The notes beneath the pieces were generated by a model. It had not been told where the DNA came from. It did not search any database and saw nothing but the letters and a program-made list of their open reading frames with translations. A stretch of 64,000 nt of DNA from Flectonema sp. DT1601 (lineage: Eukaryota), in contig OZ025796.1 in the NCBI GenBank assembly GCA_964019425.1, positions 1-64,000 on the forward strand. Direction: 5' to 3'. The first letter of the stretch is position 1. Each line of letters begins with the position of its first letter. Positions 33,661 through 45,428 of this stretch are shown here, piece by piece. The translations under genes and the position numbers were made by a program.

Positions 33661-36015
33661 TCACAAGGACACTTCAGAATTCCAGGGAAAGTCCTCAACA
33701 GCCAGGTTTTCTGTTGGGGCGGAAACCTCCCAGTGAAGCAAGTTGTATTCCATGTTAGCGAACGTCGACATTTCGGACATTTCAGTTGGCAGCATCCTTT
33801 CGAGCGATGCGAACGACTGGTTGACTTCACAAAAAGACGGTTTTGTTTTCATACTTCTCTTCGTAGTTTTCGAAGAAACGACACCGTCTTCCTCATCATG
33901 AGATTCTTGAATGAGACTCCTTTTATAACCAGAGATAACATCAACCATAAACTGTAAAACATCATAAGCTGCTCTGAGCAGTACCAAAGAAAGACTGAGT
34001 GTCATTAAGTGAGTGCTGCAGGTGTCAAACAGATTTTCATCATCTCCGTAACCATGAATTGAAATCAATTGGAGTACTAACGCCGTAATAATCGCACAAC
34101 TCGTTACGATATGCAAGTGAAAGAGTAATTTGGCAATGTACACATTACATTTCCATACCAGCACTAATTGAACAAAAACAATCACAAATAGAATTGAAAT
34201 CCGAACTGTACACATCACTATGCCATCTGCTGAAATCCAAGCAGCTGCTACCAGGAATGGAACTTGACCGTATTCGATAAGAATGTAATTACCTCTCAAC
34301 CACATTATATCGTGATAGATGTCAAAACTAGTTCCCATCTTCGCGATGTAATGCGTTCCAGGAACAACATCTTCCCAAGCTCCTTCCCCAAAAACATAAA
34401 TCATCAAAGGAGAATGTGATGAATTCCCCGATGACACACTTCGATATTGACCCTTACCGTGATCACATCTAAAGAAAATCAACACAGTCACAAATAAGAT
34501 GATGCAGAAGGTACATCCACCTACTCCAATAATCTTCATCTTTAAGGAACTGCTGCTGTGAATAATTAGTCCTCCTCCGTATTGAAGTATCGAAGGGTAC
34601 AGTATTAATGAAGGAGGTATCATGACCCCCGGGTATCTCATTAAGCCTTTAACATCTTTGTTCGGTTTCTGTGACTTCGCAACGTAACACAAGATCGTAA
34701 ACAGAGCGTAGATTGCAAAACAAAGTGCAACATTTCCTATTACTGCACCAGCCCAGAAGTTACCTTCGATAGCAAACATCAGAGGATGAACGACGAGTGG
34801 AAGCTCCGAAGTTGGAAGTCCATCTGAACATTTCATTTGATTCACGATAACCATCGTCTTGGAAAGAGATCCTCCAGCTCCCGACCCCGCCAACACCGCA
34901 CCAATTGCAGCACCTCCTGCAGTAGTAGAACCGAATGCCACAGGTACATGTGTTGGAGTTGGAGACGGCGCTGATGTCGAAGGCTCTGACGTTGAAAGAA
35001 TCGGAACTTCAGTTGGGATAGAAGTTGGAATACCAGTCGATGGTATTTCAGTCTCAGGAACAGTTGTGTTTGGGACAGCCGTTGGTGGTATCGGTTCAGC
35101 TGTTGGGACCACAGTCGGGATCGCAGTTGGAACTTCTGTTGGGATTGCTGTCGGGACTTCTGTTGGGACCACGGTCGGGACCACAGTCGGGATCACAGTT
35201 GGAACTTCCGTTGGCATCGCAGTTGGGTTCACAGTCGGGACTACTGTCGGTGGAATTGCAGTCAAGTCATTGACTGTTATGTTACGACAAGTAGTTCCTA
35301 GTTCTAAATACTGTTTGGCTTCGATATCCAAACAAATTTGATGAGTACCAGGAGAAGTGATTGTAAAATTGATTTCATGTTTACTAACTGTAGATAACAC
35401 AGCTGGGATTGAAGGCATCGCTGTGTAGCTGAAATTAGTAGTGACGTTTACTACTGGGTACTGCGACAATGCTGGTGAGTCGAGCACGTCAACAGTTGCA
35501 ACCACCTGGTCACCAACCCAAATAGGTGAAGGCAGTGGAGGTATTGTAGTATTCATACGAAGCATACATTTCGAACTGATTGAAGACGCCGGGTTAACAC
35601 AATCCCAGGTCACATTAACCAAATACTTCATATTGCAAAGTGGACTTTTGTTCACATATCTAATCTTCCAATCTGAAGTAGGTTCATAGCACTCTATAGC
35701 AGGCATGTTTGACTTTCGAATACTTCCTGTTGTCAAATCAACATTCCCAGAAGAGAGTTTTATATTTACACCACAGGATGCACTTACTAAATACATTTCA
35801 TGATTCGTAATTAGTGTTCCAGCTAATACACAAGCTGGGTTGTCTGGTGCCGATTTCATCCACACGCTGTCAATTGACATTGATAATGTATCAATACTTA
35901 AGCTTTGTAACCGTGGTATTGCAGCTCCCAGGTTTCCACTAGATAATGTGTGTTTCGCATCAGCTCGAAGTACAAATAAGAACAACAACCATAACATCAG
36001 ATGGTTGTGAGACAT
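33661..36015 (-). CDS. Surface receptor-like protein copy 1, 784 aa: signal peptide, variable Cys domain, Ig-like segment, PT-rich stalk, ~7-8 TM domain
   Basis: MSHNHLMLWLLFLFVLRADA signal, (PTxV/I)n stalk, HPLMFAIEGNFWAGAVIGN motif, multiple hydrophobic helices. Confidence 0.92.
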   Translation of the reverse strand: MSHNHLMLWLLFLFVLRADAKHTLSSGNLGAAIPRLQSLSIDTLSMSIDSVWMKSAPDNPACVLAGTLITNHEMYLVSASCGVNIKLSSGNVDLTTGSIRKSNMPAIECYEPTSDWKIRYVNKSPLCNMKYLVNVTWDCVNPASSISSKCMLRMNTTIPPLPSPIWVGDQVVATVDVLDSPALSQYPVVNVTTNFSYTAMPSIPAVLSTVSKHEINFTITSPGTHQICLDIEAKQYLELGTTCRNITVNDLTAIPPTVVPTVNPTAMPTEVPTVIPTVVPTVVPTEVPTAIPTEVPTAIPTVVPTAEPIPPTAVPNTTVPETEIPSTGIPTSIPTEVPILSTSEPSTSAPSPTPTHVPVAFGSTTAGGAAIGAVLAGSGAGGSLSKTMVIVNQMKCSDGLPTSELPLVVHPLMFAIEGNFWAGAVIGNVALCFAIYALFTILCYVAKSQKPNKDVKGLMRYPGVMIPPSLILYPSILQYGGGLIIHSSSSLKMKIIGVGGCTFCIILFVTVLIFFRCDHGKGQYRSVSSGNSSHSPLMIYVFGEGAWEDVVPGTHYIAKMGTSFDIYHDIMWLRGNYILIEYGQVPFLVAAAWISADGIVMCTVRISILFVIVFVQLVLVWKCNVYIAKLLFHLHIVTSCAIITALVLQLISIHGYGDDENLFDTCSTHLMTLSLSLVLLRAAYDVLQFMVDVISGYKRSLIQESHDEEDGVVSSKTTKRSMKTKPSFCEVNQSFASLERMLPTEMSEMSTFANMEYNLLHWEVSAPTENLAVEDFPWNSEVSL

Positions 36016-37319
36016 CTTACAAACCTGACAGAGATAAATTAATTAAAGTTCTTCACTAAAAGTATTAATCATAAATATAAATGTCAATAAAGAACAACAA
36101 ACCCTTCGATCTCAAGGATCACTCTCCAGGGTACAGCTAATCAACATCATCATCGAGTTAACTCCGAGACTGACAAAGTTACAGTTTTAATAAAAAGAAA
36201 CAAAAGTCACAACAACGAGGAGATTAATAAAAATAAATAATCCGCCTGATGATGTTATTTCGAATTGAAGATATCACTCGTTTCCGACAATTCTTTAAAA
36301 AGACACGGGCGTAGAACTCAGGCCAAAAGTTCTGTAAAGAGACAAATGATTTCCTTGCTACTTCAAAGTGTTTTAGATCGCATTAAAGGGATCACGTCAC
36401 GATGACTCGAGGTGATGTAATATCAAAGTAGTAGTTCATCGCATCAAGACTTAATAACATGCGGTCACCTGATAGTAATCCAGTCAGTCAACACAACATA
36501 ATTGATCAATACGAACTTTATGATTATTCAGATGTTTCATCAGAAAGAGCTCGCACTAAATACAAAACAGAGAAACGAAACTAATCTAAAAAAAGAAACA
36601 CACCAATAGTCTTACTAAAGGGTAAAAGAAAACTTTTCTGCTGCTTTTCACATTTATTGTGAAGCAGCTTATAAGTTACAGAAAAAATTAATTGATTTTT
36701 TTTTTTTTGAAAATGTTGATAAAAAGGAAAGGAAGTCCATTACATTGCGTATTGTGATACAGCAAACTAAGGATCACCGGGTTAACTCCACAGAGTAACG
36801 TAAGTGGAAGACACAGATGAGAAGAGTCGTTCGGGTCCATCTCCGCAACTCAACAGTGAGATTAATTGAGCAGCAAAAGTCCCTCGTCAGGAGAGGAGTA
36901 AAAAGACCACAACAGTGTTGGTATCGATAAAATCCCAAACGTGCCGTCGATTATGGATTCGGAGAACACGTAATACAGGTCAAGCAACCCACCCTGTAGC
37001 CTGTTACAACTTATCATCTTAGCTTAGAAAACAGGCTATTTACCACGCCACAAGATGATGTCGGGTGAAAAAAAAATATTTGTTGCATTGCTTAAGAGAG
37101 GGTGCTGAGAACACATTGATTTATCTGAGAACAAAAGTTGGAAATCATCTCCGCGATAAAAACGATCACCGGCGTCAAAGAATTATCGTCAGCGAAGTAT
37201 CCAAAATAAGATGTTTTACGAAAAACAGGTTGTAATACCGACGCATGAATTGGAGTGCACAAACACCTCGTTTGTTAACTTTTGCGGGTTTGCCCGGAGG
37301 TTGAAAACAATGAAAGAAA

Positions 37320-38320
37320 AAAAAAAGAGAAATGATCGAGGAGTGGGGGAAGTAGACCTATTCCATAAGCAGCATCTTTCTTTATAATACGATCATATGT
37401 ACCACATACCCACATATCACCAAACAATAGAAACACCCGGAACAGTACCGAGGATCGTTCACCCCCAGTTGTCCAAAACATTATAATTGTACAGTGGGCT
37501 TACCGAAAAGCTATACAAAAGTACCACAACAATTGGTCAGCACATAGCAATATCATATCACTCAGCAAGAAATGAAAACAAAAAGATCAGGAAAGATGAC
37601 AGTCAGTTTAAGGTCATAACTGCGCCGGACCAGATATTGTAAATGAATAATAGTGAGAGGTAGAAACAGAGTTTGTGATTTGTTTGATTATTTGTACTTT
37701 TTCAATGAAAAGTATGGCTATTTATAGTTTAGTTTAGTTTAGTTTAGTTAGCAAAATACAAACTGATGACTACGAGGGGTCTGGGTAGCCCGCATCAGTA
37801 AGGACCCAATCGCGAAGATTGTAGTTTCATAGTATTGGCTGGAAGTGATCGACTTCCAGCCTCCACCTTGCCCAGAGGCTAACAGGTTGTAAACAACTAA
37901 AGAAAATAAAAGAGAAATGATCCGGGAGTGGGGGGAAGGTGAAAAAAAATAAAAAATCTTCTTTCTTTCATATACATCTTTCTTTATAATACGACCACAT
38001 GTGCCATATGCCCACACTCCACGAAAGAAAATAGAAAACCACGGAACAGTACCGAAGATCGTTCACCCCCAGTTGTCCAAAGCATTATAAGTGTACTGTG
38101 GGCTTACCGAAAAGCTTTAGAAATGTACCACAAAAGATTTGGGCAGCACATAGCCATATCACTCAGCAAGAAATAAAAGCCTAAGGATCAGGAAAGATGA
38201 CAGTCAGTTTAAGGTCATAACTGCGCCGGACCAGATATTGTAAATGAATAATAGTGAGAGGTTGAAACAGAGTTTGTGATTTGTTTGATTATTTGTACTT
38301 TTTCAATGAAAAGTATGGCT
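37320..38320. repeat. Diverged ~600-bp direct duplication within the spacer
   Basis: GGAACAGTACCGA.GATCGTTCACCCCCAGTTGTCCAAA and GATCAGGAAAGATGACAGTCAGTTTAAGG each occur twice about 603 bp apart. Confidence 0.8.
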
Positions 38321-38664
38321 ATTTAAAGCACCTTAATAAACTGCTGAGGTTTGAAAAAAGAAATACGGGCTCACGAAAGCATCACTTTGGTTGGCGCATT
38401 GCATTGTGCTCTACTTTACTTTTCCCATCCTGTCATTATTGCGTACTGGCTTTACATCATGGTATGCTTTCTTGTTAGAATTAACAACATTGGGTTAGAT
38501 TGGTGTAAAAGAATACCTTTTAATGCATAACGCACCTTTAAAAGAAGGGGAAAAGAGTCTCCACACCGAGCCAATATTCTTTTTGATATTTTATTAATAA
38601 ATTGTGTAATCGAAAAAACAGATATCTCGTTGTGTTGGACCTCAAATACTTACAAACATCAACT

Positions 38665-40983
38665 TCACAAGGACACTTCAGAATTCCAGGGAAAGTCGTC
38701 AACAGCCAGGTTTTCTGTTGGGGCGGAAACCTCCCAGTGAAGCAAGTTGTATTCCATGTTAGCGAACGTCGACATTTCGGACATTTCAGTTGGCAGCATC
38801 CTTTCGAGCGATGCGAACGGCTGGTTGACTTCACAAAAAGACGGTTTTGTTTTCATACTTCTCTTCGTAGTTTTCGAAGAAACGACACCGTCTTCCTCAT
38901 CATGAGATTCTTGAATGAGACTCCTTTTATAACCAGAGATAACATCAACCATAAACTGTAAAACATCATAAGCTGCTCTGAGCAGTACCAAAGAAAGACT
39001 GAGTGTCATTAAGTGAGTGCTGCAGGTGTCAAACAACTTTTCATCATCCCCGTAACCATGAATTGAAATCAATTGGAGTACTAACGCCGTAATAATCGCA
39101 AAACTCGTTACGATGTGCAAGTGACAGAGTAGTTTGGCAATGTACACATTACATTTCCATACCAGCACTAATTGAACAAAAACAATCACAAATAGAAATG
39201 AAATCCGAACTGTACACATCACTATGCCATCTGTTGAAATCCAAGCAGCTGCTACCAGGAATGGAACTTGACCGTATTCGATAAGAATGTAATTACCTCT
39301 CAACCACATTACATCGTGATAGATGTCAAAAGTAGTTCCCATCTTCGCGATGTAATGCGTTCCAGGAACAACATCTTCCCAAGCTCCTTCCCCAAAAACA
39401 TAAATCATCAAAGGAGAATGTGATGAACTCCCCGATGACACACTTCGATATTGACCCTTACCGTGATCACATCTAAAGAAAATCAACACAGTCACAAATA
39501 AGATGATGCAGAAGGTACATCCACCTACTCCAATAATCTTCATCTTTAAGGAACTGCTGCTGTGAATAATTAGTCCTCCTCCGTATTGAAGTATTGAAGG
39601 GTACAGTATTAATGAAGGAGGTATCATGACCCCCGGGTATCTCATTAAACTTTCAACATTTCTGTTTGGTTTCTGTGACTTCACAACGTAGCACAAGATC
39701 GTAAACAGAGTGTAGGTTGCAAAACAAAGTGCAACGTTTCCTATTACTGCACCAGCCCAGAAGTTACCTTCGATAGCAAACATCAGAGGATGAACGACGA
39801 GTGGAAGCTCCGAAGTTGGAAGTCCATCTGAACATTTCATTTGATTCACGATAACCATCGTCTTGGAAAGAGATCCTCCAGCTCCCGACCCCGCCAACAC
39901 CGCACCAATTGCAGCACCTCCTGCAGTAGTAGAACCGAATGCCACAGGTACATTTGTCGGTGTTGGAGACGGCGCTGATGTCGAAGGCTCTGACGTTGAA
40001 AGAATCGGAACTTCAGTTGGGATAGAAGTTGGAATACCAGTCGATGGTATTTCAGTCTCAGGAACAGTTGTGTTTGGGACAGCCGTTGGTGGTATCGGTT
40101 CAGCTGTTGGGACCACAGTCGGGATCGCAGTTGGAACTTCTGTTGGGATTGCTGTCGGGACTTCTGTTGGGACCACGGTCGGGACCACAGTCGGGATCGC
40201 AGTCGGAGCTATTGTCGATGGAATTGGATTGACTGTTATGTTACGACAAGTAGTTCCTAGTTCTAAAAACTGTTTGGTTTCGATATCCAAACAAATTTGA
40301 TGAGTACCAGGAGAAGTGATTGTAAAATTGATTTCATGTTTACCAACTGTAGATAACACAGCTGGGATTGAAGGCATCGCTGTGTAGCTGAAATTAGTAG
40401 TGACGTTTACTACTGGGTACTGCGACAATGCTGGTGAGTCGAGCACGTCAACAGTTGCAACCACCTGGTCACCAACCAGAATAGGTGAAGGCAGTGGAGG
40501 TATTGTAGTATTCATACGAAGCATACATTTTGAACTGATTGAAGACGCCGGGTTAACACAATCCCAGAATATACTAGTTCTATACTGCATATTGCAAAGT
40601 GGATCCCTGTTCACACATCTAATCTTCCAATCTGAAGTAGGTTCAGAACATTGTATATCAGGCATGGTTGTGTTTATATCCTTTCCTGCTACTAAATCAA
40701 CATCATTACCAGAAAAGACTGGAATATCTACACCACAGCTTGTACTTACTAAATACAATTCAAAAGACGTCAAGTTTGGAGTTCCAGCTACTCCACAAGG
40801 TGCTATGTCTGGTCTTGAACGCATCCACACCCTTTCAATTGACATCGATAATGTGTCAACATTGTGTGTGCTTAGAGACCACGACTTTGCAGCTGGCAGG
40901 TTTCCACCAGTGACTGATTCTATCGCATCAGCTCGAAGTACAAATAAGAACAACAACCATAACATCAGATGGTTGTGAGACAT
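38665..40983 (-). CDS. Surface receptor-like protein copy 2, 772 aa
   Basis: Paralogue of copy 1: identical signal peptide, near-identical C-terminal half, divergent N-terminal domain. Confidence 0.92.
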   Translation of the reverse strand: MSHNHLMLWLLFLFVLRADAIESVTGGNLPAAKSWSLSTHNVDTLSMSIERVWMRSRPDIAPCGVAGTPNLTSFELYLVSTSCGVDIPVFSGNDVDLVAGKDINTTMPDIQCSEPTSDWKIRCVNRDPLCNMQYRTSIFWDCVNPASSISSKCMLRMNTTIPPLPSPILVGDQVVATVDVLDSPALSQYPVVNVTTNFSYTAMPSIPAVLSTVGKHEINFTITSPGTHQICLDIETKQFLELGTTCRNITVNPIPSTIAPTAIPTVVPTVVPTEVPTAIPTEVPTAIPTVVPTAEPIPPTAVPNTTVPETEIPSTGIPTSIPTEVPILSTSEPSTSAPSPTPTNVPVAFGSTTAGGAAIGAVLAGSGAGGSLSKTMVIVNQMKCSDGLPTSELPLVVHPLMFAIEGNFWAGAVIGNVALCFATYTLFTILCYVVKSQKPNRNVESLMRYPGVMIPPSLILYPSILQYGGGLIIHSSSSLKMKIIGVGGCTFCIILFVTVLIFFRCDHGKGQYRSVSSGSSSHSPLMIYVFGEGAWEDVVPGTHYIAKMGTTFDIYHDVMWLRGNYILIEYGQVPFLVAAAWISTDGIVMCTVRISFLFVIVFVQLVLVWKCNVYIAKLLCHLHIVTSFAIITALVLQLISIHGYGDDEKLFDTCSTHLMTLSLSLVLLRAAYDVLQFMVDVISGYKRSLIQESHDEEDGVVSSKTTKRSMKTKPSFCEVNQPFASLERMLPTEMSEMSTFANMEYNLLHWEVSAPTENLAVDDFPWNSEVSL

Positions 40984-41471
40984 CTTACAAACCTGACAGA
41001 GATAAATTAATTAAAGTTCTTCACCAAAAGTATTAATCATTAATATAAATGTCAATAAAGAACAACAAACCCTTCGATCTCAAGGATCACTCTCCAGGGT
41101 ACAGCTAATCAACAGCGTCATAATTACAACAGAAATCACAGACGGTTCAGATGGATAACTTTTTGTTCACCTTCGGCATATTATGTGTTGGCTTTGTGGG
41201 GAGGGAAACCTGAGGTAACCCATCTTACCAATCAAAAAAGGCGACGATTTATTGGCGGACCTCCGGGGATAAGATGTGCATACTATCCGACCCCCAGCGT
41301 TGTTTATGAGTTGGTTATTTACAGGAATGAGGTTCCCATAAATCGGATGTTGAAACCCTCGCGAGTACCATTGGAATCCAGTTATAAAAATTATCACTTT
41401 TACGTGGAGTCAGTAATATAAACATCATTCACATGTACTACCAGCAGGCACAAACACCCCCCCCCCCCCCC

Positions 41472-43447
41472 TAGGGGGGGTACAAGCTGTCGATAAAGTA
41501 CTTTTTCCGAATTTTGGTAAATATAACCTTCCCGGGGGCAAAAAATACCCAGGACCCCATCAGAACCCCCAAAAATGTGATTTCGGGGCCGAAAAAACCT
41601 CGATTTGGCTGATTTCGGCAAAGGAATGAAAAATCTCAAAAAGTGTGGACCGTGTGGTACCTGGGGGTCCAATTTTGAGGCCTGTGAAATGCACCTTCAA
41701 ATAATTTTTTTTTACAATGAGAAGAGGTGAGTCATGGTGTGCCCCTGTGCACGCAGTGTGCTAATATACCATTTCCGTATCAGTTTCCACCTCAAGAACA
41801 CGCCACGAAAGAGAGCATCGCTCTCGCCCGGCCATGCTTGAGGCCACGAGGCTCACGGGCAGGATAACGCAGCTGAAAACGATGTTCTGCAGGGCAACTC
41901 ACAAAGTCATTCTGCGGAGGAGAGCATTGATCCCAGGGTGCATGAAAACACCTCCCGAGACATCCCTGAAGTCACTCAACAGCACTTGGACAGTCAGAAG
42001 CAAGATACGCGTGAGAAAGGGGTCCAAAAACGTCCAGTATCTGAATCGTGATCACAGAAGGCTCACAGAATAAACAAAGCGCTACGTCTGTACCCCAAAC
42101 AGGGATAAGCCTGAAGACAGCTGTAGTGGTAGTGCCTCAAATAGTAGTGCCATAGATAAGCAGCAGCGACATAGGCCAACATGCCCCATCCAAAAAGCCG
42201 TTCAAGGCATCACTTAAGACCCAACCATACTCACCAGCAGGGCATACAAGACACTCCAGTACATGCGGCATACGAAGAAGTACGAAAGACACACCCGCTT
42301 GCAACTGTACCCGAACGAGGGGGATATACTCCTGGAGTCTTGGAGTCGTAACTACACTGCAGATATTGCGGCAAGAAGGGATCGGCGCAGAGAGATCCAA
42401 CTAAGTCCTGAGTGAGGGACATAGTTGAAGCTATCGTAGGTGCGCAGACAGAAGGGAAGCGGGTCGAAGTCACCAACTATATCTTGAAGGACGGTCCGAC
42501 TTGTTGATGGATTCACAGGTGATCTGTCGGTGACCTGACTTCTTGAAGCAGCAGCTTCCTCCTCACCCTCCGTCACATCGCTGCAGCATGATACTTCCTC
42601 TAGTGCCCGTCGTGCTCGTGGGATGAAGCTAACAACCGTTGTGTTCGTTGTCATCCTGCACCCCTCAAGGGATGGGGAGGTTATTCAGTGTTGTTGATAG
42701 TTCTTGGTCAACTGATGGAACCAGTGGCGTGAATGCTGCCCTACTGATAACGTACAACATATTCCAGAGGCATACGGGCTTCCAAAGGCTACCACATCAA
42801 CGCAGGACCACCGACCCTCTTCAGATAGGCAAGAACAAGCATAACAGGAGGCGCCACAGGGGCTGAACGTACCACTCCGTCCTCACGGGGAAGACCTCTA
42901 GACAGCAAGGCCTAATGCTAATCTGCCATCCGCATCCAAGGATTGGTCCTCTGTCTATCTTGTACAGAAAGAAGCACAGCTTCGAGCCGAATTTCGAAAC
43001 CTGAGCACATGGGATGTTCAAGAGAAGGCCAGTAGCCTAAACATCGGACAAGGGGGAATTAACACGCCGGGTCTCGTGTAGCATATAATTAAGGTTCAAA
43101 TCAGGTCGATAAAAATAAAAATTGAGTTCCCTTTTCATCCCCCACTCAACTCAAAGGGAAACCCTGGTTATGGATTGCTCAATGCACGGAATTACTTGTA
43201 ATTTTTGCGAGCCCTCCTAACACACCCCTTGTTTTCATCCCCCTCAGGTACCACACGGTCCACACTTTTTGAGATTTTTCAAAGACTTGCTCTAAAGTGC
43301 CGAAGAACTGTTTCTTTGGATCGCAATCCCCATTTTTGGGGTATATGTTGCAGTTTTCATAATTTGGGTGCCCAAAAAACTTGTTCTCCGGAAAAAAACC
43401 GAAAGTGCCCAAAATCTCCGTAAAATCGATGCTTGTACCCCCCCCTA
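41472..43447 (+). mobile_element. Non-autonomous TIR DNA element, copy A (1976 bp)
   Basis: Termini TAG7TACAAGC...GCTTGTAC8TA; perfect 37-bp subterminal inverted repeat 41627-41663/43245-43281; flanked by C15 and C12; interior looks like decayed coding DNA. Confidence 0.88.
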
Positions 43448-43459
43448 CCCCCCCCCCCC

Positions 43460-45428
43460 TAGGGGGGGGTACAAGCTGTCGATAAAGTACTTTTTCCGAA
43501 TTTTGGTAAATATAACCTTCCCGGGGGCAAAAATTACCCAGGACCCCATCAGAACCCCCAAAAATGTGATTTCGGGGCCGAAAAAACCTCGATTTGGCTG
43601 ATTTCGGCAAAGGAATGAAAAATCTCAAAAAGTGTGGACCGTGTGGTACCTGGGGGTCCAATTTTGAGGCCTGTGAAATGCACCTTCAAATAATTTTTTT
43701 TTACAATGAGAAGAGGTGAGTCTTGGTGTGCCCCTGTATGCGCAGTTTGCTAATATACCATTTCCGTATCAGTTTCCACCTCAAGAACACGCCACGAAAG
43801 AGAGCAGCGCTCTCGCCCGGCCATGCTTGAGGTCACGAGGCTCACGGGCAGGATAACGCAGCTGAAAACGATGTTCTGCAGGGCAGCTCACAAAGTCATT
43901 CTGCGGAGGAGAGCATTGATCCCAGAGTGCATGAAAACACCTCCCGAGACATCCCTGAAGTCACTCAACAGCACTTGGACAGTCAGAAGTAAGATACGCG
44001 TGAGAAAGGGGTCCAGAAACGTCCAGTATCTGAATCGCGATCACAGAAGGCTCAGAGAATAGAGAAAGCGTCACGTCTGTACCCCAAACAGGGATAAGCC
44101 TGAAGACAGCTGTAGTGGTAGTGCCTCAAATAGCAGTGCCATAGATAAGCAGCAGCGACATAGGGCAACATGCCCCATCCAAAAAGCCGTTCAAGGCATC
44201 ACTTCAGAAGACCCAACCATACTCACCAGCAGGGCATACAAGACACTCTAGTACATGCAGCATTCGAAGAAGTACGGAAGAGACATCCGCTTGCAACTGT
44301 ACCCAAGCGAGGGGGATTTACTCCTAGAGTCTTGGAGTCGTAACTACACTGCAGATATTGCGGCAACAAGGGATCGGCGCAGAGAGATCCAACAAAGCCC
44401 TGAGTGAGTGACACAGTTGACGTCGCCGGTGCACAGACAGAAGGGAAGCGGGTCGAAGTCCCCGACTATATCTCGAAGGACAGTCCGACATGTTGATGAA
44501 TTCACAGGTGATCTGTCAGTGACCTGACTTCTTGAAGCAGCAGCTTCCTTCTCGCCCTCCATCACATCGCTGCAACATGATACTTCCTCTAGTGCCCGTC
44601 ATGCTCGTGGGCTGAAGCTAACAACCGTGGCGTTCGTTGTCCGCACCCCTCAAGGGATGGGGAGGTTATTCAGTGTGTTGTTGTTGATAGTTCTTAGTCA
44701 ACTAACGGAACCATTGGAGTGAGGGCTGCCCTACTGATAACGTACAACATATTCCAGAGGCACACGGACTTCCAAAGGCTACCACATCAACGCAGGACCA
44801 CCAACCCTCTTCAGATTGGCAAGAACAAGCACAACAGGAAGCGCTGAAAGTACCACTCCGTCCTCACAGGGAAGACCTCTAGACAGCAAGGCCTAATGCT
44901 AATCTGCCATCCGCATCCAAGGATTGGTCCTCTGTCTATCTTGTACAGAAAGAAGCACAGCTTCGAGCCGAATTTCGAAAGCTGAGCACATGGGATGTTC
45001 AAGAGAAGGCCAGTAGCCTAAGCATCGAAGATGGGGGAATTAACAAGCCCGGTCTGGTGGAGCATATTATTAAGGTTCAAATCAGGCCGATAAAAATAAA
45101 AATTGAGTTCCTATTTCATTCCCCACTCAACTCAGAGGGAAACCCTGGTTATGGATTGCTCAATGCACGGAATTACTTGTAATTTTTGTGAGCCCTCCTA
45201 ACACACCCCTTGTTTTCACCCCCCTCAGGTACCACACGGTCCACACTTTTTGAGATTTTTCAAAGACTTGCTCTAAAGTGCCGAAGAACTGTTTCTTTGG
45301 ATCGCAATCCCCATTTTTGGGGTATATGTTGCAGTTTTCATAATTTGGGTGCCCAAAAAACTTGTTCTCCGGAAAAAAACCGAAAGTGCCCAAAATCTCC
45401 GTAAAATCGATGCTTGTACCCCCCCCTA
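43460..45428 (+). mobile_element. Non-autonomous TIR DNA element, copy B (1969 bp)
   Basis: Same termini and subterminal repeat; many substitutions and indels relative to copy A; flanked by C12 and C17. Confidence 0.88.

Noticed and set aside
37281..37293. Isolated TTTGCGGGTTTGC match to the satellite
   Set aside because: Only ~1.5 units, too short to interpret.
41834..45002. Small ORFs inside the TIR elements as a transposase
   Set aside because: All are about 100 aa or shorter, several are not preserved between copies, and none shows a catalytic motif.
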